DNA from: Bacilli bacterium
GTDB lineage: Bacteria > Bacillota_I > Bacilli_A > RF39 > UBA660
Direction: 5' to 3'
NCBI GenBank assembly: GCA_017410525.1
Contig: JAFQQQ010000002.1
Coordinates: forward strand, 205,591 to 269,590
DNA: 64,000 nucleotides
The notes under the pieces were generated by a model. The model saw only the letters and a program-made list of their open reading frames with translations. It was not told where the DNA came from and ran no database searches. This document shows positions 10,658 to 19,707 of the stretch, piece by piece. Both the position numbers and the translations under genes were made by a program. How positions within the stretch are numbered: the first letter of the stretch is position 1; every line of letters begins with the position of its first letter.

Positions 10658-11158
10658 ATGAAAAAATATATAGATTGTGATGGTGTTATTTTTGATTCTG
10701 AAATTTGGTTATTTGATGATGAATATAGAAGTTTAAAAATTAAAGATGAATTTAATAAAATAAAATATATTCAAACTAAAGATTGGAATGAAATATTAAG
10801 AAAAAGCGGAATTATAAATGATGCAATTAATATTTTAAAAGAATTAAGAGATTTTGCTATTTTAACAAAAGTACATTCTATGGAAAATGAAGGAGTAGCT
10901 AAAATAAAATTGTTTAGAAGTCTAGATATCAAAAACGAAATAATACTTGTGCCATATACTTTGAAAAAAACAGATGTAGTAGATCCTTGTGGTAATATTT
11001 TAGTAGATGATACAGTTCATAATTTAGATGATTGGAAAGAAGAAGGTGGAATACCAATATTCTTTAATAAAGATAACTTAGATATAGATGGATGGGGAAA
11101 AGAAAATAAAAAATATCCTAAAATTAAAAGTTTAGATTATTTAAAAAAGATAAAATAG
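10658..11158 (+). CDS. HAD-like 5'(3')-deoxyribonucleotidase family protein
   Basis: N-terminal DxDG motif (IDCDGVIFDS), about 166 aa, consistent with the NT5C-type family. Confidence 0.5.
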   Translation: MKKYIDCDGVIFDSEIWLFDDEYRSLKIKDEFNKIKYIQTKDWNEILRKSGIINDAINILKELRDFAILTKVHSMENEGVAKIKLFRSLDIKNEIILVPYTLKKTDVVDPCGNILVDDTVHNLDDWKEEGGIPIFFNKDNLDIDGWGKENKKYPKIKSLDYLKKIK

Positions 11159-11167
11159 GAGATAAAT

Positions 11168-11752
11168 ATGAAAATAGTTTTAGCGACAACATCAAAATTT
11201 AAAAATGAGATAATGGATACAGTAGGTATCAAACATTCTATGATTGAAAGTGATTTTAATGAAGATTTAGTTAGTGAAAAAAATGTATATGAATACGTAA
11301 AGAAATTAGCGCTAGGTAAAGCAAGTAGTGTTAAAGAAAAAGTAAATAATTCTATAATTATAGGTCTTGATACTATTAACTATGTAGATGGTATTATTCA
11401 AGAAAAACCTAAAGATTTAAATGATGCTAGAAAAAATATAGAAATGTGTAGAAATAAGACTACTAAAGTAATAACTGGTATATGTATTATTGATCAAAAA
11501 ACTAATGAAATAATAAATACATATGCAGAGACTAAAGTAACTTTAAGAGATATAGATGATATAGATATTGATTATTATATGGAAAATGAACCTAATATTA
11601 TGTATGCGTCTGGATTTATACTTGAAACTATATTATCTAATTTTATAGATAAAATAGAAGGTAGTTACTATAATATATTAGGAGTACCAGTTGAAATAAT
11701 ATATAAATATATTAATGATATGGGATATAATTTAAAGGATATGGAGGAATAA
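11168..11752 (+). CDS. maf: Maf-like nucleoside triphosphate pyrophosphatase
   Basis: MKIVLATTSKFK...GLDT...KP family hallmark layout, 194 aa. Confidence 0.8.
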   Translation: MKIVLATTSKFKNEIMDTVGIKHSMIESDFNEDLVSEKNVYEYVKKLALGKASSVKEKVNNSIIIGLDTINYVDGIIQEKPKDLNDARKNIEMCRNKTTKVITGICIIDQKTNEIINTYAETKVTLRDIDDIDIDYYMENEPNIMYASGFILETILSNFIDKIEGSYYNILGVPVEIIYKYINDMGYNLKDMEE

Positions 11753-11754
11753 TT

Positions 11755-12084
11755 GTGGAACAAATATATAATAAATTAGTTAGGGATAATATACCAGAAA
11801 TAATAGAATCTAACGGAGAAAAACCTATAATAAGTATATTAGATGATAATAGATATAAAGAAGAATTAGAGAAAAAGTTATATGAAGAATATTTAGAAGT
11901 AATAGATTCTAGTTATAGTAGTAGAATAGAAGAATTAGCTGATATGTTAGAAGTCATTAGTGCTCTTGCTAAATTAGAAGATAAGACTTTGGATGATGTA
12001 GTGGAAGTAGCTAAAGAGAAAGTAAAAAAAAGAGGAGCTTTTGATAAAAAAATATTTTTAGAGAAGGTTATAAGCGATAAATAG
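11755..12084 (+). CDS. MazG-like / all-alpha NTP pyrophosphohydrolase family protein
   Basis: 109-aa helical protein with EExxE..D pattern (EELADMLEV) typical of small MazG-like NTP-PPases. Terminator hairpin follows at about 12084-12110. Confidence 0.5.
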   Translation: MEQIYNKLVRDNIPEIIESNGEKPIISILDDNRYKEELEKKLYEEYLEVIDSSYSSRIEELADMLEVISALAKLEDKTLDDVVEVAKEKVKKRGAFDKKIFLEKVISDK

Positions 12085-12173
12085 ATTTCTTTGAATGTAG
12101 AAATCTTTTTATAATAATTTGATTTTTAATTTAAACCATGATAGTATAATAGTCAATTTAAATGGGGGATATT

Positions 12174-13415
12174 ATGAATGAAAAATACTTAATTATTAAT
12201 GCTGGTAGTTCATCTTTAAAATTTTCTTTATATGAAATTCCAGAAGTAAAAGAAATTGTAAATGGTTGCGTAGAAAAAATAGGAAATGAAGATAGTTTTT
12301 ATACTTTAAAATATGACGATAAAAAAGAAGAAAAAGTAAAAGTAATTATGAATCATACTCAAGCTGTAGAAACTATGCTTTATGAGTTGTTAATAAATAA
12401 TTTTATAAGTGATGTTAATGAAATAAAAGGAGTAGGACATAGAGTACTACATGGTGGAGAAAAATATTTTGATTCAGTTGTAATTGACGATGAAGTTATA
12501 AACGATATAGTCGATTTAACTAAATTAGGGCCACTTCACCACCCAGGTAATTTATCAGGAATACTTGCTATGCAAAAAGCAATACCACATATACCACAAA
12601 TAGCTGTATTTGATACTTCTTTTCATCAAACAATAAATGAAGAAAATTATATATATCCTATACCATACTCTTGGTATAATGAAAATGGAGTAAGAAAATA
12701 TGGCTTTCATGGGACTAGTCATAAATATATTACGGAAACTATGCAACAATATTTAGATAAAAAAGATGTTAACTTAATAATTTGCCATATTGGTAGTGGA
12801 GCTAGTATGTCTGCAATAAAAAATGGTAAAAGCTGTGATACAACAATGGGTTTAACTCCACTAGATGGACTTATGATGGGTACTCGTTCAGGCTCTATTG
12901 ATCCATCAATTATTGAATATATTTGTAAAGAAAGAAATTTAACTGTATCTGAAGTTACTAATATTTTAAATAAAGAAAGCGGTTTAAAAGGAATAAGTGG
13001 CGTAAATGATTTCAGAGATGTAACAGCTTTAGCTAAACAAGGAAATCATAATGCAAAATTAGCTATAAAATTATTTGAAAAATCAATAGTTAAATATATC
13101 GCGCAATATTATTTTGAATTAAATGGTGATGTAGATGCTATTATATTTACTGCAGGTGTAGGAGAAAATATGTCCTACGTTAGAGAAGATATAGTTAATC
13201 TTATTTCAAAACCAATGGGTATAAAAATTAATAAAGAAATTAATGATAACATTGCTAAGTTTAAGCAATATCAAAGTGGTGTTATAACAACAGATGATTC
13301 TAAAATTAAAGTAATGGTTATACCTACTAATGAAGAATTAATGATATTAAAGGATACTGTTAGATTAACTAAAAAATCAAAAGATTTAAATAAAGAGAAA
13401 AAATTAACTAAATAA
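12174..13415 (+). CDS. ackA: Acetate kinase
   Basis: N-terminal LIINAGSSSLKFSLY plus the conserved HLGNG/ VHGGG-like blocks. RBS TGGGGGA, so I moved the start to the ATG at 12174. Confidence 0.9.
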   Translation: MNEKYLIINAGSSSLKFSLYEIPEVKEIVNGCVEKIGNEDSFYTLKYDDKKEEKVKVIMNHTQAVETMLYELLINNFISDVNEIKGVGHRVLHGGEKYFDSVVIDDEVINDIVDLTKLGPLHHPGNLSGILAMQKAIPHIPQIAVFDTSFHQTINEENYIYPIPYSWYNENGVRKYGFHGTSHKYITETMQQYLDKKDVNLIICHIGSGASMSAIKNGKSCDTTMGLTPLDGLMMGTRSGSIDPSIIEYICKERNLTVSEVTNILNKESGLKGISGVNDFRDVTALAKQGNHNAKLAIKLFEKSIVKYIAQYYFELNGDVDAIIFTAGVGENMSYVREDIVNLISKPMGIKINKEINDNIAKFKQYQSGVITTDDSKIKVMVIPTNEELMILKDTVRLTKKSKDLNKEKKLTK

Positions 13416-13436
13416 TAATATTTTAAGGAGGGAGAT

Positions 13437-14075
13437 ATGAAAGTAATTGAGTTGGAAGAAAAATATATTTTAGAATATATAAAATATATGATTTCTAGTT
13501 TTAAAACAATACCTATAGAAATAAATAATGCTAAATATCATCATAATACAAGTTATTCTGATGTACCTTTGGTTTTAAAACAAGGTATTTTGTCGGTGTC
13601 AGAATTAAATAGATTAGGTATAAAAAAATATTCTCCTGAAATATTAAATTTATGGAGTGACATAGAGTCACATATTAATGGTATAGATTCAATATCATTA
13701 TCTGTAGTTGGTTTAAAAGATTTATATGTAGATGAATTTGAATATGATCCGTTTATACCAACAAAAGTAGATTTGAATATTTCAAGTGATATATCTACAC
13801 TAAGATCAAGTATACATTATGGAAATGAATTTTTATGTTATGAAAATATAGGAATTGATAAAATAAAATCAATTGATATAAGATTACTAGAATTAATTGA
13901 AAAAAGAAAAGATTTTACAATAAAAGATATAATAAATAAATATAATTGTTTAAAGGATGTTGCATTAGCAATTAAAGAAAATAACTTAGATATTCCTTTT
14001 AGAGAAATGTCTAATGATAATTGTGCATTAGATATAACTAAAGTGTCAGAGATGCCTAAATTAATTTTAAAATAA
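13437..14075 (+). CDS. Hypothetical protein
   Basis: 212-aa ORF with RBS GGAGGGAG, followed by terminator hairpin CAAATGAAA..TTTCATTTG + T-run at about 14078-14108. Confidence 0.45.
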   Translation: MKVIELEEKYILEYIKYMISSFKTIPIEINNAKYHHNTSYSDVPLVLKQGILSVSELNRLGIKKYSPEILNLWSDIESHINGIDSISLSVVGLKDLYVDEFEYDPFIPTKVDLNISSDISTLRSSIHYGNEFLCYENIGIDKIKSIDIRLLELIEKRKDFTIKDIINKYNCLKDVALAIKENNLDIPFREMSNDNCALDITKVSEMPKLILK

Positions 14076-14147
14076 AGCAAATGAAAAAATTTCATTTGTT
14101 TTTTTAAAATATTTATATATAATAGAGATAGAAAAAAGGTGATTTAA

Positions 14148-14324
14148 ATGATATATATAGTAAGACATGGACAGACGGATTATAATGTAGAAGGTAGATA
14201 TGGTGGTAGGATAGGTGTAGAATTAAATATTAAAGGAATTGGGCAATCACATATCATTCATAATGAATTAAAGAATATAAAGTTTGATAATGAAAAACTA
14301 AAAGAATTACAAAAATATATATAA
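14148..14324 (+). pseudogene. Histidine phosphatase (phosphoglycerate mutase family) N-terminal remnant
   Basis: Encodes MIYIVRHGQTDYNVEGRYGG (RHG catalytic motif) but stops after about 59 aa. Further short unframed fragments follow to about 14470. Confidence 0.4.
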
Positions 14325-14522
14325 TAGTTCATGACAATATTGATTTTGACTCTTATTTTTCAAGTTATATATTATCTAAAATACTTCAAAGTTTAAACAC
14401 AAATGCTATTTTTACTATTTTTGATGATTATAATATTGGTGATGATGATAGAAAAATAATAGATGGTTATAAAAAAGAAAAAAATAGAATTAAACAAAAA
14501 TAGAAAAAAATGTAAAAAGGTG

Positions 14523-14557
14523 TTGACAAACAAAAAAAATTAGAGTATTATTTAATG
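14523..14557 (+). promoter_or_regulatory. Sigma-A-type promoter: TTGACA-17 nt-TATTAT
   Basis: Exact -35 hexamer TTGACA at 14523-14528, a 17-nt spacer and TATTAT -10, situated about 40 nt upstream of the RBS of the small Cys-rich ORF. Confidence 0.5.
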
Positions 14558-14593
14558 TAATATTTTTATCTTTTTAGACAAAGGAGGAATATT

Positions 14594-14740
14594 ATGGTTA
14601 ATTGCTTTAACATAGAAAGATCAGTGATAAAATCAAAATCTAATGTTATTTGCAACAGCTTCTGCTGCAATACTTTAGTATGCTTTTCAATTCTTTCTTG
14701 TCTAAATGAAAAGATGAAAAGCGATATAGCAAAGTCTTAA
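14594..14740 (+). CDS. Cys-rich 48-aa small ORF (MVNCFNIERSVIKSKSNVICNSFCCNTLVCFSILSCLNEKMKSDIAKS): candidate RiPP precursor or regulatory leader peptide
   Basis: Strong RBS AAAGGAGG 7 nt upstream of the ATG. Six Cys in 48 residues. The stop codon lies in the loop of the downstream terminator hairpin. Not in the supplied ORF track because it is under 60 aa. Confidence 0.45.
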   Translation: MVNCFNIERSVIKSKSNVICNSFCCNTLVCFSILSCLNEKMKSDIAKS

Positions 14741-14771
14741 TGACTTTTCTTGTCGCCTTTCATCTTTTTTC
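14708..14771 (+). terminator. Intrinsic terminator / attenuator hairpin overlapping the 3' end of the small ORF
   Basis: GAAAAGATGAAAAGCGA (14708-14724) pairs with TCGCCTTTCATCTTTTTTC (14753-71), followed by a T-run. The left arm encodes the last codons of the small ORF. Confidence 0.55.
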
Positions 14772-14803
14772 TTATAAAAATATAAAAGGAAAAGGAGGGA
14801 TTT

Positions 14804-16237
14804 ATGATAACTATTGAAAAATTATTAAATCATGTAAATACTTATAATCCTGGAGAAGAAGAAATTATAAGAAAAGCTTATGAGTATGCTGATTATTTAC
14901 ATGGAAATCAAATTAGACAAAGTGGAGAACCATATATTACACATCCTTTGAATGTTGCTTATATTTTATCTGAAATGCATGCAGATAGAGATACAATATG
15001 TGCTGCACTCTTACACGATACTCTAGAAGATACAAATACAACTAAAGAAGAAATAGCTGATTTATTTAATAAAGAAATAGCTAACTTAGTAGACGGAGTA
15101 ACAAAGATAAGTAAAATGAATTTTTCTAGTAAAGCAGAACAAAATTTAGCAAACACAAGAAAAATCATAACAGGGCTTACAGAAGATGTAAGAATAATAA
15201 TAATAAAATTAGCCGATAGACTTCATAACATGAGAACTTTAGAATTTAAATCTGAATTTAAGCAAAAAGAAAATTCTTTAGAAACAATGGAAATATTTGT
15301 ACCGCTTGCTTATTATATAGGTGCTTATAGAATAAAAAGTGAGCTAGAAGATATATCTTTTAAATATTTAAAACCAGATAAATATAAAGAAATAGAACAT
15401 AGAATAAATAACTCTAGTATTGAAAATAATAATTGCTTAAATGAAATGTTATTGAATATAGAAGAAATATTAAATAATGAGTCAATACCACATGAAATAA
15501 AAGTTAGAACAAAAAATATATATGGAATATATAAAAGAATAGATAATGGAGAAAACAAAATAAGTGATATACACGATTTATTATCTTTAAAAATAATGGT
15601 AGATGATATAAAAAATTGTTATATAACACTAGGTCTTATACATGATAAATATCATCCAATAAATGGAAGATTTAAAGATTATATTTGTAATCCTAAAACA
15701 AATCTATATAAATCTTTACATTCTACAGTATTTGGGCCTAATGAAAAATTAGTACAAACACAAATAAGAACATTTGATATGGATAAAATAGCATCCTTTG
15801 GTTTAACAGCATATTGGGATATAAATAAAGGTGATGCAAGATATACTATGCAACAAGATTTAAGAGATAATTTTCAATTTTTTAAATCATTATCAGATAT
15901 AAATGTTATGTTTAAGGATAATCAAGATTTTGTATCTCAAATAAAGAATGAATTATTCGCAAATAAAATTTATGTGTATACTACTAACGGTAAAATAATA
16001 GAATTACCTAAAGGATCAAATATTATTGATTTAGCTTGTTATATGGACATAGAAAATGTATTAATAGGAGCTAAAGTAAATGATGAAATAGTTCCTATTG
16101 ATTATATTTTAAAAAATAAAGATAGGGTAATACCACTTATAGATGAATTATCTTATGGATATAGAGAAAGTTGGATAGAAAAAGCGAATACAGTTTATGC
16201 TAAAAAGAAAATAAAGGGGTTAATAGAGAGTAGGTAA
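14804..16237 (+). CDS. RelA/SpoT homologue paralog (HD hydrolase + synthetase-like + TGS), truncated after TGS (477 aa)
   Basis: HD motif LLHDTLEDT, synthetase-domain block GRFKDYICNPKTNLYKSLHSTV..QIRTFDM and a TGS-like domain (IYVYTTNGKIIELPKGSNIIDLA). It lacks the C-terminal helical/ZFD/ACT domains of long RSHs. RBS AAAGGAGGGA. Confidence 0.75.
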   Translation: MITIEKLLNHVNTYNPGEEEIIRKAYEYADYLHGNQIRQSGEPYITHPLNVAYILSEMHADRDTICAALLHDTLEDTNTTKEEIADLFNKEIANLVDGVTKISKMNFSSKAEQNLANTRKIITGLTEDVRIIIIKLADRLHNMRTLEFKSEFKQKENSLETMEIFVPLAYYIGAYRIKSELEDISFKYLKPDKYKEIEHRINNSSIENNNCLNEMLLNIEEILNNESIPHEIKVRTKNIYGIYKRIDNGENKISDIHDLLSLKIMVDDIKNCYITLGLIHDKYHPINGRFKDYICNPKTNLYKSLHSTVFGPNEKLVQTQIRTFDMDKIASFGLTAYWDINKGDARYTMQQDLRDNFQFFKSLSDINVMFKDNQDFVSQIKNELFANKIYVYTTNGKIIELPKGSNIIDLACYMDIENVLIGAKVNDEIVPIDYILKNKDRVIPLIDELSYGYRESWIEKANTVYAKKKIKGLIESR

Positions 16238-16240
16238 AAA

Positions 16241-17401
16241 ATGTTATTTAGATTAGTTGCAATTCGTTGTCATAAAAATATAATTTTCTGTGACAGTTTT
16301 AATGAAAACTTTGAAAAAATACAATTAGCAATTCCATCAGAACTTTTCAACTCATTAGGACTTAAAGTAGGTAGTGTAATTTCTACAAATTATCAAATTA
16401 CTAAAAATAAATATGGAAATGATTTGTATTTCATAAATGATGTACAAAATGTATCAAATCATAATAAAAATATATCTTTTAAATCTATAAATACAAAATT
16501 ATCATCCATGAATCAATCTAGTTTTATTAGTGCATTAAATGGTGGAGTTAATTTAAAATATTGGGAAATGAAACAAAAACTTTTAGAAGAAATTAGAAAA
16601 TTTTTAGTAAATAGAAGTTACATAGAAGTAAATACTTCATTGTTAATGGATAATAGAGGTACTAGTACTGTTAACCCTATGCAAGTAAATGGTAAATACT
16701 GTGGTAATAAATATTTAAAAATAACTCATGAATTAGAATTAAAAAAAATTTGTTATCTTACTTTAAAATCATTATTTGAGATAGGATATGTAACAAGAGA
16801 TGTATATTCTACTAGTAAATCTGCTAATCAATATTTAACATTTGAATTAGTTGCACCTATAGAAGATACATTAACAGCAGAAGAATTATATATTTATGTT
16901 TATGAGATTGCAATTAAGTTGGCTGAATCATATGGTATTTCTTATAATGAGATATTTAATAAAATAGAAACAGTGGATGTTTTAAAATTATATTTATCAA
17001 ATCATAAAAAGATTGATAAGAAAGAATTCCTTGAGTTTTATAAAAAACTATTAGAATTAGAAAAAAATATAATATATGTAAATGCGCCTACCAATACTCC
17101 TTTAGCGAAAGAATCAGAATACGGAATACCTTTAGAAACAAAATGGGCTATAGGAAATAGGGGTATAGGTCATGGATATTATGATCAAAATCAGTTATCG
17201 GTTATAGAAAATTTATTTGAATTACAAAAAGATGCACTAAAAGAAAAAGGGATAGATTCCAGTGTTGATAAAGAATACTTAATGACTTTAATGTATGCAG
17301 GTATAGATACAAAAAGTTTAAATATAGGGATTGATAGATTTATGTATAAATTTTTAGGTTTAGATCACGAAGAGAAAGCAATAAAAATATTAGGATTATA
17401 G
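16241..17401 (+). CDS. Class II aminoacyl-tRNA-synthetase-like protein (LysRS-II/EpmA(PoxA)-like core with N-terminal OB-like region; degenerate motifs)
   Basis: Motif-1-like EIRKFLVNRSYIEVNTSLL, motif-2 region YLKITHELELKK..FEIGYVTRDV..ANQYLTFEL (FRNE/HNPEFT positions substituted) and motif-3-like IGIDRFMYKFLGL. Compared from memory with EpmA/LysRS. Confidence 0.55.
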   Translation: MLFRLVAIRCHKNIIFCDSFNENFEKIQLAIPSELFNSLGLKVGSVISTNYQITKNKYGNDLYFINDVQNVSNHNKNISFKSINTKLSSMNQSSFISALNGGVNLKYWEMKQKLLEEIRKFLVNRSYIEVNTSLLMDNRGTSTVNPMQVNGKYCGNKYLKITHELELKKICYLTLKSLFEIGYVTRDVYSTSKSANQYLTFELVAPIEDTLTAEELYIYVYEIAIKLAESYGISYNEIFNKIETVDVLKLYLSNHKKIDKKEFLEFYKKLLELEKNIIYVNAPTNTPLAKESEYGIPLETKWAIGNRGIGHGYYDQNQLSVIENLFELQKDALKEKGIDSSVDKEYLMTLMYAGIDTKSLNIGIDRFMYKFLGLDHEEKAIKILGL

Positions 17402-17411
17402 AGGTGAACAA

Positions 17412-18671
17412 ATGAAAGAAGATAAAATATTATTTTTGTATCCGCCGACAGTTTATGCTAACCATAGTATGTTTAAGCATTTTACTTATTTTGGCGAAAC
17501 GATAGATGTTATAAGTAGATATTATAAAAATATAAAAGTTTTAGACTGTGCAGTTGAACAAATAGAACAAAAGATAATATTTAATAATTTTAAAGATAGT
17601 AATTTATTAGTAATGGAAATAGAACCTTATAACATAGATGTTGCACTATCTTTAGGAAAATTATATAAATCATTCAACAGTAAAGGAAAAATTATAGTAT
17701 ATGGTACTGCAATTACAATAATGCCCAATTATTTTATGAAACAACATTTATTTGATTATATAATTAATGATGGTAATTTTGCTGTTGGTATATTGGGGGT
17801 AATGAATGAAATTTTAAATACAGAATATCCTTATGAAGTTAAGAGTAAATATTATGAATTAATAAATGGTGAGTATATAATGAAGGGTGATAATTTTCAA
17901 CTTCCAATAAAAGATTGGGGTGTTGGATATAATAAATTATTACCATTAGAAAAATATAAATTTTATAATAATGGTATGTTTGAATTAACTGTTCAAACCG
18001 GTTGCCCTTTTAATTGTTCTTTTTGTTCTGAAAAAATATTATTTGATAAGTATTGTGGAACAAAATATAGAGATGTTGAAGATATTATTAAAATAATGAA
18101 AAATATTAATGACGATTTTAATGAAATATATTTTTCTGCTACAACAATGACAGCAAATAGAAAATGGACTGAAAATTTATGTACTAGATTAATTGAAGAA
18201 GGTAATAAAATGCCTTGGAGAACAGTTACTAGAATTGATTGTGTTGATGAAGAATTGTTAAAATTAATGAAAAAATCAGGATTAAAGAAAATTTGTTTTG
18301 GTGTTGAAACGTTTGATGATAAATTATTAGAAGAGATAAATAAAAAACAAAATGCAAATAATGTAATTAATATATTAAAATTATGCAATAAATTAGGTAT
18401 TAAAGCCAAAGCTTTACTTATGTTGGGTATACCAGGACAAACAGCAAAAAATGTTTTTGATACAGTGAAAATATTAAAAGATTTAAATGTGGAATATAGA
18501 TTTAAAGAATATTCTCCTATTCGTGAAGCACATATATTAGATTCTAAAAATTCTGATATCTCTGATATGATTCCTATTTTTAGTAGATATGAATATAGAA
18601 CAAGTAGTATTCCTGGAATAACTAGTGAAGAATATATGGAATTACTTTTTCCTACAGAATATGTGAGGTAG
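17412..18671 (+). CDS. Radical SAM enzyme, probably class B (N-terminal B12-binding-like domain)
   Basis: CxxxCxxC motif TGCPFNCSFCSE in the middle of the protein, preceded by an about 190-aa Rossmann-like N-domain. Confidence 0.65.
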   Translation: MKEDKILFLYPPTVYANHSMFKHFTYFGETIDVISRYYKNIKVLDCAVEQIEQKIIFNNFKDSNLLVMEIEPYNIDVALSLGKLYKSFNSKGKIIVYGTAITIMPNYFMKQHLFDYIINDGNFAVGILGVMNEILNTEYPYEVKSKYYELINGEYIMKGDNFQLPIKDWGVGYNKLLPLEKYKFYNNGMFELTVQTGCPFNCSFCSEKILFDKYCGTKYRDVEDIIKIMKNINDDFNEIYFSATTMTANRKWTENLCTRLIEEGNKMPWRTVTRIDCVDEELLKLMKKSGLKKICFGVETFDDKLLEEINKKQNANNVINILKLCNKLGIKAKALLMLGIPGQTAKNVFDTVKILKDLNVEYRFKEYSPIREAHILDSKNSDISDMIPIFSRYEYRTSSIPGITSEEYMELLFPTEYVR

Positions 18672-18678
18672 ATTAGCA

Positions 18679-19707
18679 ATGATTGAACATTTAAAAAGTG
18701 GTTTGTCAATATCGACACATTTAGGTTGTGGATTAAAGTGCTCGTATTGTATTTTGTCAACCATGGACGGTTTTAATGAGGGCCCGGTATTACAAATTAA
18801 ACCCAAGGATTTAATATTTAAATTATTTAATGAATATGAATTTTATTGCAAAAATAAAACACCTTTAATGTTAAATAATAGAACAGATCCATTTTTACCA
18901 ACTGTAACACCGTATACTTTAGAAATTTTAGATTTATTAATTGAAAAGCAAGTCGAGTCTCCAATTATAATAATTTCAAAGTTTGCGCCGCCTACAGTTT
19001 TAAAAAAATATTTTTCTTTATTAAATATTTGTTACTTTTATTCTTATTCTGGTATAGATACTGATTTTAACTATAATAAACTTAAAAGTGATTTACAACT
19101 AATAAAAAATGTTGTTCCTAGGTCTTCTAGATTTCATTATTTTAGACCGATAATACCAGGAGTGAACGATGATTTTGAATTTATGAAAAAAATATTAAAT
19201 ATATTTAGTGAAAATGAATTTGATGCCACTGTAATTGCTGGATTTAGGGTAACTAATCTAAATAAACATTTAATAAAAAAGGAAACGATAGATGTTGAAA
19301 AAATTGATTATAATCATAAATTAGTAGATAGTAGTATATATGAAATAAATAAAATATTTAATGCCGAAAATTATCGTATATTTAGACATACTAGTTGTGC
19401 TATAGCAAACCATTTTAATTCTTTTAACAAATTAAATTATTTTTCAAAATGTGGTCATTGCTTTGAATCATGTCCTAACTATGACAACTGTTTAAATAAA
19501 AGAATAAATATTAAAGATATTTTAAAAGAACTTAAAGAAAAATTTGGTAATGAATATAATTTTAAAATTAAAGATAACAAAATTGAAATATTGTCTTTAT
19601 GTACTCAAGAATTAGTTGCTTATATAAAAAATGCTTATGGGTGTGAGATTATTGCAACCAATGTTAAATTATCAAAATCTGAAGAGGTGATTTTAGGTGA
19701 AAAATAA
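18679..19707 (+). CDS. Radical SAM enzyme with C-terminal Cys-rich (SPASM/twitch-like?) region
   Basis: N-terminal GCGLKCSYC (CxxxCxxC). The C-terminal cluster is CAIANH..CGHCFESCPNYDNC. Confidence 0.55.
   Translation: MIEHLKSGLSISTHLGCGLKCSYCILSTMDGFNEGPVLQIKPKDLIFKLFNEYEFYCKNKTPLMLNNRTDPFLPTVTPYTLEILDLLIEKQVESPIIIISKFAPPTVLKKYFSLLNICYFYSYSGIDTDFNYNKLKSDLQLIKNVVPRSSRFHYFRPIIPGVNDDFEFMKKILNIFSENEFDATVIAGFRVTNLNKHLIKKETIDVEKIDYNHKLVDSSIYEINKIFNAENYRIFRHTSCAIANHFNSFNKLNYFSKCGHCFESCPNYDNCLNKRINIKDILKELKEKFGNEYNFKIKDNKIEILSLCTQELVAYIKNAYGCEIIATNVKLSKSEEVILGEK

Noticed and set aside
14804-17401. Possibility that 14804-16237 and 16241-17401 are two halves of one frameshifted full-length rel gene.
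   Set aside because: The second ORF's body carries class-II aaRS motifs 1-3 and not the Rel helical/ZFD/ACT domains. The combined length (863 aa) exceeds a long RSH. Only a weak N-terminal resemblance (LFRLVAIRCHK vs the Rel CC region) remains.
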